A stretch of 64,000 nt of DNA. It comes from Candidatus Babeliales bacterium. GTDB taxonomy: Bacteria > Babelota > Babeliae > Babelales > JBFXEV01. Positions 9,415 to 18,200 of this stretch are shown piece after piece. Location of the stretch: the NCBI GenBank assembly GCA_050179755.1, contig JBFXEV010000001.1, positions 1,461,296 to 1,525,295 on the forward strand. The letters are read 5' to 3'. A program made the translations under genes and the position numbers. Under the pieces are notes generated by a model that did not search any database, was not told the origin of the DNA, and was given only the letters and a program-made list of their open reading frames with translations. The stretch's first letter is position 1. Every line of letters begins with the position of its first letter.

Positions 9415-10095
9415 TTACCACAATTTTTTTATTAATACCGGTATCAAGACTAGCAAGCTCAAAAGAAAAAAAGCAAGAATTATAGGGAAACTAAGTATAT
9501 CAGAAGCTGAACGTATATACATCAATTGTTTTCCTGCATAAGCAAAAACAAGTGAACCCGGAATAATCCCGAGCGAAGTTGTCCATATAAACGTGCTGAG
9601 CTTTACTCGCGTGAGCCCCGCCAAAAGATTAACTAAAAAAAAGGGGAAAATTGCTGCAAGCCTTGCAAATAATAAATAATAAAAACCATTTTCTTTTATG
9701 GCTTGATTTATAGCCCGCAATTGCACTTGATACGTACGCTGCACCCACATACCAACCAAATAACGTGCTGCAATAAAAGCAATTGTTGCACCCAGCGTTG
9801 CACCAATGTTAATATATATCACGCCCGGAAATACATTAAAAAGATATCCTCCTAACATGGTAATAATAAATGCCCCTGGTAGAGCAAGAGCTACTGCTAG
9901 GATATACAAAGCTATATAACAGAACACCGTATACCAGTAATGATCACGCACTAATGCAAGCAAATAACCTTGGTGTGTTTGCACCCATTCAAGATTAAGA
10001 TATTTCATAAAATTGAAATACCAACTCACGGCGACTATAAGTAATAAAAAGAATAGAATAATAAGACGTTTTTTAAATATGTGCATAAGATACAT
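9415..10095 (-). CDS. TVP38/TMEM64 (DedA/VTT) family membrane protein
   Basis: GATLGATIAFIAARY, RLAAIFPFFLVN and GIIPGS motifs. Confidence 0.9.
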   Translation of the reverse strand: MYLMHIFKKRLIILFFLLLIVAVSWYFNFMKYLNLEWVQTHQGYLLALVRDHYWYTVFCYIALYILAVALALPGAFIITMLGGYLFNVFPGVIYINIGATLGATIAFIAARYLVGMWVQRTYQVQLRAINQAIKENGFYYLLFARLAAIFPFFLVNLLAGLTRVKLSTFIWTTSLGIIPGSLVFAYAGKQLMYIRSASDILSFPIILAFFLLSLLVLIPVLIKKLW

Positions 10096-10169
10096 TCAAC
10101 TCACCATCTACCGCGATACATTTTTTCGTTACTCGAAAAAATACGCAATAGGAACAGTAAGTAATTAAT

Positions 10170-10850
10170 TCACTTTATGATTTTAAAATGGCGCAAGATG
10201 ATCGGTACAAGCGCAAGTAACGCAAGAAGCACCAACGGAATCACAAACTTTGGTGCAAAAATACCTGCAAAAGAATCAAGACTGCCAAGTTCTTGCCCTG
10301 CATATGCATAAATAAATGAGCCCGGTAAAATACCAACCGCCGTTGCCCAAATAAAAGTCCAGCTCGCAATTCCTGCTAAACTTGCAGCAATTACGATAAA
10401 CCCAAACGGGGTAATTGGCAAGAGCTGCAAAAATAAAATGTAATTTGAACCATGTTGCGTAATATTTTTGGTAAGCGGTTCAAGTTGCTTGCCATATTTT
10501 GCTTGCATAGTGTCATACAGCAAATAACGAAACACTAAAAATGAAATAAATGCGCCAACTGTTGCGCTAAACACGGTAAAAAGAGTTGCCTGTATTGCAC
10601 CAAAAAAATAACCGCCGACTACGGTAAGAATAATAGAAATAGGAATGGCAAATGCAACAACGAGTATGTATGCCAGCATATATATAAGGCGAGAACCAAT
10701 TGGCCACGACGCAATAAAATCAGCCACATGTTGTTTATGCTGCAAGAAAAAATCAAAATTAATATAGTCACCAATATGCATAAAACGGAGCAGTATCATA
10801 AACAAAATTAGTCCAACCGCAATAACAACACGCTTGATGGAGACATTCAT
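10170..10850 (-). CDS. TVP38/TMEM64 (DedA/VTT) family membrane protein
   Basis: SATVGAFISFLVFRY and GILPGS; start MNVSIK at 10850 overlaps the upstream stop (TAATG). Confidence 0.88.
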   Translation of the reverse strand: MNVSIKRVVIAVGLILFMILLRFMHIGDYINFDFFLQHKQHVADFIASWPIGSRLIYMLAYILVVAFAIPISIILTVVGGYFFGAIQATLFTVFSATVGAFISFLVFRYLLYDTMQAKYGKQLEPLTKNITQHGSNYILFLQLLPITPFGFIVIAASLAGIASWTFIWATAVGILPGSFIYAYAGQELGSLDSFAGIFAPKFVIPLVLLALLALVPIILRHFKIIK

Positions 10851-12292
10851 TAGATTTTTCCTTTCAAACCCAATAACCACTTACCAAAACGCACAAAGGG
10901 ATTATGTTGTATGTTATCAATGTACGCATCTTTTGCCGTATGCCAAATAACTTCTGAATAGGCTGGATATGCGTGCATAACTTTAAAAAGATCTGTCAGT
11001 TTTTTACCAAATACTTTAGCAACTTGCATTTCATGTATAATATCGCCAGCTCGTGCACCCAAAATTTGTGCCCCTAAAATAGAGCCATGTTTATCGCAAA
11101 TAATTTTACAAAGACCATGTTTTTCACGATCAATTACGGCACGATCAAATGTATATTCTCTGCGATAAATGCGGATAGCGTCACCATATTTTTTGCGTGC
11201 TTCTGGCTCTGTCATACCACAATTTGCAAGCTCTGGTTCAGTAAAGGTAACCCACATTACATTAGTATATGAAATCTTTTTACGCCAGAACGGTAACAAA
11301 GCATTCTGTGTTGCAAGATTTGCTTGAAAGAATGCCACGTGACTAAATAGATAGGGGCCCACCACGTCACCTGCCGCCCAAATATTTTTGGCAGTAGTGC
11401 GCAACGTGCTATCTACCGTAATTGATTTATTAGTGTAGTGCACGCCAGCTTTTTCAAGATCAAGACCTTCCACGTTGGGGCGCCTACCAACGGCAATAAG
11501 TATTGCTTTTGCAGCCAACGTATGGGGTTTGCCCTGAGCGTCGGTACAATCAAACGTGATAGTATCCCCAATGCGAGAAACAGAATTGGCACGCCAGCTC
11601 GTGTGAATAATCACCCCTTCTTCACGCAAAATATGCTGTATGCGCTCAACAAGTTCAGGGTCTTCTTGCACAAGCAAACGCTCATGCGATTCTATAAGTG
11701 TGATTTTAACGCCCAAGCGATTAAGCGATGATGCCATTTCACAACCAATTGGGCCACCACCCACAATTATGAGTGATTCGGGTAGTGTGTGCAGTGCAAA
11801 TAATGATTTATTAGTAAGATAGGGCACATCTTTGAGCCCTTCAATGGGCGGAATAAAAGCGTGAGTACCCGTGGTAATGATAGCTTTATTAAATGAAATA
11901 GCTTTGCCATCTAAGATAATATGATGATTATCAAGAAACTTTGGCAACCCAAATTGCACGTCTATACCTAAAGCACGTAACGTTTCTGGGGTATGAGTTT
12001 GATATATTTCTTGCACTACCGCACGCACATGTGGCATAACGTTTGAAGTATCAAAAGTAATTGGCTCTTGCGTTGCCACGCCATAGCACGAAAGTCTTTT
12101 GGCAATAAGCGCTGCATAACCTGATTTTATAATTGCTTTACTGGGCACACAACCAGTCCATGTACACTCGCCACCCAACTTATCTTTTTCAACAAGTAAA
12201 ACCTTTTTGCCCAATCCCCGCGCTAATTTAGCAGATACAAGCCCAGCGCCCCCGCCACCAATAACCAAGAAATCATAATCATAGTGCGCCAT
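10850..12292 (-). CDS. Class I pyridine nucleotide-disulfide oxidoreductase (LpdA/MerA-like family)
   Basis: GGGGAG FAD motif, redox motif GGECTWTGCVPSK, GGGPIG, AAGDV, C-terminal HAYPAYSE. Confidence 0.9.
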   Translation of the reverse strand: MAHYDYDFLVIGGGGAGLVSAKLARGLGKKVLLVEKDKLGGECTWTGCVPSKAIIKSGYAALIAKRLSCYGVATQEPITFDTSNVMPHVRAVVQEIYQTHTPETLRALGIDVQFGLPKFLDNHHIILDGKAISFNKAIITTGTHAFIPPIEGLKDVPYLTNKSLFALHTLPESLIIVGGGPIGCEMASSLNRLGVKITLIESHERLLVQEDPELVERIQHILREEGVIIHTSWRANSVSRIGDTITFDCTDAQGKPHTLAAKAILIAVGRRPNVEGLDLEKAGVHYTNKSITVDSTLRTTAKNIWAAGDVVGPYLFSHVAFFQANLATQNALLPFWRKKISYTNVMWVTFTEPELANCGMTEPEARKKYGDAIRIYRREYTFDRAVIDREKHGLCKIICDKHGSILGAQILGARAGDIIHEMQVAKVFGKKLTDLFKVMHAYPAYSEVIWHTAKDAYIDNIQHNPFVRFGKWLLGLKGKI

Positions 12293-12534
12293 GCTGCCCC
12301 CTTGTCTTTACTTTACTGTACCGTTTTACAGCATAAAGGCGCAAGAGTTTACAAAGCGAATCCTCAATGAATGGGCAAAAGATGACCTCTTCTTATCTGA
12401 TTATTTCAAATATAAAATATATATATAAAAAGATTGTATTTTAAACACTTTTAATATATACAGTTGTGCCGATATTTAGTAGTATGAATATATTGATGGA
12501 TTGGTTTAATTTAAAAATGAAGGTTCTTTTCAAA

Positions 12535-13260
12535 ATGAATTCTCGTTACATATTTAGTTTTTGCCTTATTGGCCTTATGGCAATTTTAGTTGGCTGTGGC
12601 GGCGCAACCCCGTTACCTGATAAAACACGCAGATCTGTGGATTGCAGATATTTTGAAGAACAAAACAACATTGGACTTACCGTCAAAACGCTCAACAGAA
12701 TTGAATGTAAACGCCTTTTTGGTTCAGACGCATTGTTAGCAAGTAACAAGCCAATTTACCCTGTATTGTTTGTTATTGATAATAATTGCAGCAAAAATGT
12801 GGTTATATCTCCTGATTCCATCGCATTGCCAACAGTAAAGCGCCAAGTCATTACTAAACGATTACATCAAGACACTACTTGGAATAACATTGGCATCTTT
12901 TTAAATGAATTTTCCGCAGCTGACTCGTTGCATACTGCAAGAAATAGCGTCTATACAAAAGATGCTGTTAACGAAACGATTAATGCATTACAAGCTAAAC
13001 AATTTTCTAATATATTGCAGGAAGAAGCTCATCAAAAAACTCATCACAATATAGCAATTAATGAACTACTTGATTCATTACTCTTAAGCGAACCGGTTAT
13101 TATTAGTGCTCATAGCAGAGCAATGTATTGCTTGTTTGTTGCTGAAGATGATTATCGATCAGTATTTCCTGTTACTATTAAAGTGCCTGATGCACACGAC
13201 ACGCTCACGTACCATGTTAACATGAAAAAATATGCACCTGCTTGGCAATCAACCAAATAG
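12535..13260 (+). CDS. Hypothetical lipoprotein
   Basis: Likely start MNSRYIF; lipobox LVG-C (ORF from 12466). Confidence 0.65.
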   Translation: MNSRYIFSFCLIGLMAILVGCGGATPLPDKTRRSVDCRYFEEQNNIGLTVKTLNRIECKRLFGSDALLASNKPIYPVLFVIDNNCSKNVVISPDSIALPTVKRQVITKRLHQDTTWNNIGIFLNEFSAADSLHTARNSVYTKDAVNETINALQAKQFSNILQEEAHQKTHHNIAINELLDSLLLSEPVIISAHSRAMYCLFVAEDDYRSVFPVTIKVPDAHDTLTYHVNMKKYAPAWQSTK

Positions 13261-13279
13261 CTACTTCTAAAAAATAAAG

Positions 13280-13310
13280 GCCAGCAAGTTAGTTAACTTG
13301 CTGGCTTTTT
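13280..13310. terminator. Intrinsic terminator, probably bidirectional
   Basis: 11-bp stem GCCAGCAAGTT/AACTTGCTGGC followed by a T-run and preceded by A-rich sequence, between convergent genes. Confidence 0.8.
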
Positions 13311-13328
13311 TAATGCTTTCTATTTTTT

Positions 13329-14297
13329 TTATTGATGCTTAAGCGCACCCGTAATAAATTGAGCTCGCCAATCATATTCTGCAGACAAAACAGGATTATT
13401 TGCTTTCAATGTAGCTTGGTGTTTATTATAGGAAACAAGAAACTTCTTAGCAACTTCAGGTTCTGCAGCTATCACTTCTTGCTCTGCTGACGTATCAAGC
13501 TGCCTCCAAAATGGCCTTGTAACAATACTATGCATAATGCCGCGTAATTGATCGCCAATTATTGAGGAAAGCGTCAGAGATCCTGCAAATTTTAACAACC
13601 CTGGAATGCATACTGCAGAGCACGCGCTAGCCAGCGCAGGAGCTGCATTACAGACTGCTTGCGTAACACCAAGAGATTGATCTTGCTGTGCTGCAAAATC
13701 AGTCACGTGTGCCATTGTTTTATGCACGATCACGGCAAGTACTGCGCCAACAATAAGCTTTGATGCTACTTTTGTGCGGTACGTTCCATTATTAAAATGA
13801 GTAATCGCTCGTTTAAGAATATACTTTTTAATAGTACGTACTGGATCCGCAACATACCGCCCTTGTTCTTGAGCTATATTTTCAAAGTGCGCACGCATTT
13901 CTGGCGTATTCAATGTAAGCCATTCAGCTTCATCAATAAAAATACAAGAGTTGGTTATAAGCACCGACGTGGCATTGCCTGAAACTTGAGGGTTTAATTT
14001 TAAAATATAGATTGAACTATCTTCAAAATTAAGTTCTTTCAAGAGAGACTTAACTTCTTGATACACAGGATTTGAAAGTTGTGCAAATTCATAGCCAGTG
14101 CCATCTTGTTTTGCAATACCATATTTTGCCATTTGATGCCGTACTGAAAGCAAACTTGGTATATAGGCAATATCAAAAGGAATATAATCTGAATAGCCAC
14201 GATGCGCTTCATGTATGGGCGTATATCCTTGTTGATCCATGGCAGCAAGCGGCGCGCTTGCGCCAATTAATGCTAAAAATAATACTATTCTTTTCAT
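13329..14297 (-). CDS. Secreted hypothetical protein, paralog of 14312..15190
   Basis: Signal MKRIVLFLALIGASAPLAA|MDQ; SVRHQMAKYGI and IFIDEAEWLTL match the neighbour. Confidence 0.7.
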   Translation of the reverse strand: MKRIVLFLALIGASAPLAAMDQQGYTPIHEAHRGYSDYIPFDIAYIPSLLSVRHQMAKYGIAKQDGTGYEFAQLSNPVYQEVKSLLKELNFEDSSIYILKLNPQVSGNATSVLITNSCIFIDEAEWLTLNTPEMRAHFENIAQEQGRYVADPVRTIKKYILKRAITHFNNGTYRTKVASKLIVGAVLAVIVHKTMAHVTDFAAQQDQSLGVTQAVCNAAPALASACSAVCIPGLLKFAGSLTLSSIIGDQLRGIMHSIVTRPFWRQLDTSAEQEVIAAEPEVAKKFLVSYNKHQATLKANNPVLSAEYDWRAQFITGALKHQ

Positions 14298-14311
14298 AAG
14301 ATTCTCCATTT

Positions 14312-15190
14312 TTATTCAATAACTTCAGTTTCACTGGAATGATCGCCTTCATCACTTTCTGTATCAGATAAATGCGATAAACTTATTTTTTCTAATGCTT
14401 TTGCACGTGCTTGCTCGGCCAAATAACGCGCTACCGGTGCAGTAATAACCGCATTCACCAAAGGTCCCACGCCCGGCGTAAGCAATGACGACCAGGCAGT
14501 TTTGCCAGCCATTATACACAACGACGGCGAATAAAATTGATCACATGTTTGATTAGCTGTTGTTGCAATACCTGTTGAAATGGTTTCAAGCCATGCAGTT
14601 CCTGGCACCGATTCTGCCATCCACGAGCATAATGATGGTGCAAGCGTGTAGCTTACAATACCAATCACCGTGCTTACTAAGATGCCATCAACCACCATTT
14701 TGACGGCCAACTTCTTGCGATATTGACCTTGTGCATACTGCTCAACCATAAGAGCACTAAAAAATTTTTTAATTTCTAAAGCATTTTCATGCGTTTTAAG
14801 AGAAAGCCACCATGCTTGATCTATAAAAATACCACCGTTGGTTACTATAAATCCTGGTGCTTCTTGCGCTTTTTCTTTATCTAATTGCAGCATAAAAATA
14901 TCTGCAGGATCAAGATCCGCTTCTTTAAGGAGTGGCGCTATTTCTGCGTATACTGCAGGGTCAAGTTCTAAATAACCTTCGGTAGCAGTAGGTATGCCGT
15001 AGGCTGCAAGTTGCTGCTTTACCGAGAAAAATTCAGGCAAGCCATAAAGATACCCTGCAATTTGCTTGGGAATACGATCAAAAATGCTTGATTTCACCTG
15101 TAAGGCAGGGATAGATACCCGCTCATTCTCCATCCCATAAAGAGGAGAAATAGCCAAAACTAGGAATAAGATTGAAAATAATCGTTTCAT
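14312..15190 (-). CDS. Secreted hypothetical protein, paralog of 13329..14297
   Basis: Signal ...SPLYG|MEN; SVKQQLAAYGI and IFIDQAWWLSL; GGAGG RBS. Confidence 0.72.
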   Translation of the reverse strand: MKRLFSILFLVLAISPLYGMENERVSIPALQVKSSIFDRIPKQIAGYLYGLPEFFSVKQQLAAYGIPTATEGYLELDPAVYAEIAPLLKEADLDPADIFMLQLDKEKAQEAPGFIVTNGGIFIDQAWWLSLKTHENALEIKKFFSALMVEQYAQGQYRKKLAVKMVVDGILVSTVIGIVSYTLAPSLCSWMAESVPGTAWLETISTGIATTANQTCDQFYSPSLCIMAGKTAWSSLLTPGVGPLVNAVITAPVARYLAEQARAKALEKISLSHLSDTESDEGDHSSETEVIE

Positions 15191-15234
15191 CTTTATAACC
15201 TCCAGATAACGATTTCTTATCTATTTGTATTAAT

Positions 15235-15263
15235 AGAGTACCATAAAGCGCTCTTTTGGTCAA
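15235..15263 (-). promoter_or_regulatory. Putative sigma70-type promoter
   Basis: Minus strand TTGACC-N17-TACTCT with a TG extension, upstream of the 15190 start. Confidence 0.45.
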
Positions 15264-15287
15264 ATACAGGCAAATACAGGGGACAAA

Positions 15288-18200
15288 TCACTTTGCGCCA
15301 GTTATGCTTTTTTGGAAAGTAGCCTCTGGCACCACCATATAATACTGAATATTGGCCTTTTGCAATGAATGCGTAATCTTACTAACAGCTTTTATTATGT
15401 CGTGTGATCGCTGCGGATTAGTTGTTTTACATGCCTGAGCGTCTTCATGAAGGCGGGATACTACCAGACTAATTGCATTACCTATAAAACCACAATACGA
15501 TTTCATATTTTTTACATTAGTTAGAAGCAAAAACAATGGTTCATAATGCTGCAATAAAAGCGGGTAATCACTGCCGTTGATGCAATGCATTGTTGCTATC
15601 ATGAGGCGCCATTCAACCGAATGAGACTGATAAAAATTATGCTGCTTCATACAATCAATTAATTGTTCAAACACTTTATTAGCCTGTTCTCTCTGTTCAA
15701 GTTTTTGCGTCAATAAACAGTCAAGCATAAACTTTATTAAGCGCATACCAAAAGTTTGAACAGTACCAATTGCAATATCTTTGCTAAATTGTTTTGCAAC
15801 AGTAGCTTCTATGCCACGCTCTATATGCTCAAGGGCTTTTAAAACATTAGAATCTTTGCTAATATGCACAAAAGCCATTTCAAGATGTGCAAGTGCACTT
15901 AACCTACCCCCATCTGCTATCACTCTATCAAATAACTTTATTGCTTCATCATATTTTTTTTGCACCGCTTTCAAACCTCCAAGTGCTTGCATAGCAGCAA
16001 TATGGCCATTTTTCGCTTTATGCTCTAAAAACAAAATAAGATCATCTGGATACATATAACCGCCAGCGCAAAGTTGTGATAGCTCTAGATAAAGATCATC
16101 TGACGCATTATGAGTGCGTTGTATTAGTTCAAATTTATAGGCGATCGCTTTTTTAAAATCACCGTCCTCACGCGCAAAAGAAACTAAACGCTTAAGCGCA
16201 CAAGTACTTCTATCTTTTAAGCTTAAAGCAAGTTTTTTTGACCGTTTCCTATCAGGGATTACTTCTTTCCCACATGGCAACGTGCTACCACCATATAATC
16301 TGAGTAATAATTCTCCTGCAGCGGCTTCTTGCTCGGCAATACCTTCAAGTGCTTTAAGCGCTGCACTGAACATTTGATCGCTCATCTGCGCATTGCAATA
16401 TAATCTATCTTTCCACCAATGATAAATCCCGGTGCTATAACCAGAATCTTTAGCTTTATCGCCATAGCTCATTACAGCAGCTAAGTCCTCATTAGATGCA
16501 TCCGCGCCCCCATAGTGCGCAGAACACCAGAGCATCATTATACACGCTGCACGGCCATTATTCGTGGTATCTGCAAGACGCTTAATATACTCAATATGTT
16601 TAGTAATGACATCATAAAAACCGCTTGCTTGTAAATCGCTCAGAGTAAGCTCGTGAAAAGACATACATCTAATAATGGCCTCGAGAGCGTCATTCATCTC
16701 TTTTTTATTTTTGCTCAATAGATTTTTTTCTACAAAATTATCAAGTGCCGGCACACACCCATTGAAGGCTAATATGCGTACCGATTGAAGCGCTAATGAC
16801 CGTAATTTATCACTATTAATACCTGGTATCGTGCCCGCATTAGTATGTTCCAAAGTTGGTTGCAACTCATGAAACACAACTGCCAGCGCTTCTCTGTTAC
16901 CTTGAACGTAAGGAATATATATAGTTTGATCAAACAAAAACAAGGATTCAAAGTTTCTTTCAAATTGTGCAACATGCCGCGCTTGCTCAGGCTCACTTGT
17001 TGCAGCCTCACCACTACACTTAAGAGCCTGTTGCAAATGCCTTCGTTTTGATTCCCTATCAGCTTGAAGAGCTTTATCATGCTCTGCTTCATAACTTAAC
17101 ATTTTGCTCAGCAAAAATTGTGCCTGCGCACTACCTTGAGCTGCTGCTGCATCCAGGGTTCGCATCAAAAGCGCATCTTTGCAAATGGCCTGCGCTTTTT
17201 CACTTGCCATATCTTCAAAAACTACATCAATAAGGCAAAGATTCTTCAAAAATTCTTCTGTGGCCAGCGTTGGCTCTTTTACCAGCGTTCTAAAAGTCAC
17301 GCAAGCGCCTTGCTCATTTTGAAATTCACCCCCATTAAGCACGCGCCACTTCTTCATTTCCTCAGTTTCTTCTTCCTTTTTTACTACTTCTGTTGATGCT
17401 ACAATGCCCAATGTACGTAATGCAACAACTAGTTCATCATAATGAGTGGCAGCTTCAGTTTTATAATCTGCATCTGCATCAACAAGATCAAGTAAGGGAA
17501 GTACTTGCAATACAAAGGGTAAGCCATGCGATTCTATATTTTCTAAATGCGTAATATCATGTACAAGCAATAAGCAAAGATCCGCGGCGAAAAATAAGTT
17601 ATTGCCGCATAAGTGAACTTCAGGTGTTTTACAAAATATTTCAAGTAATTCATACACACCATGTTTGCCATCACTCAATTCAATGGCTTCTTTAAAACAC
17701 TCAATTGCCTGCGCAGTTGATTCAGGATAACGTGCATGCAAAGTACCTAACGCTCGTAATGCAGACGGTAATTTAACTTTCGCTTTTTGCTTTATAAATT
17801 CATATATTTCTTCTACTTGAGCAGATGAACAAAGAGGTGAATCTATCAATCGCGCCAATTGCGCACAAGATTCTTCACAGCCTGCTGATACAGCTTCTTG
17901 CAAAAGCGTCACAGCGTTACGCACGTGCATCTCTTCATGTGCGCGATCATTGCTTGCTTTATCAAGTTCTTCTTGCGCAAGAATACGCTTTGTTTCTTTA
18001 AACTCCTTCAATTTTTGCGCAAGATAATAAGCTGTTTTCCTATCTTGACCTAGAGAATAACCACAAGCAAACGTCCTTTCAGAACCATCAAAATAATGCT
18101 GTGCAAGGATAACGCCTGCGTAAGAATCGCCCATGTTATATGCACGTAATAATCTTTTCATATGCGCTTCAAATTCTTGTTTACTCATCGGTTTTAGTTT

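Noticed and set aside
10850..12292. merA or lpdA assignment
   Set aside because: No C-terminal Cys-Cys pair or mer genes; no HPTxxE motif or dehydrogenase-complex neighbours.
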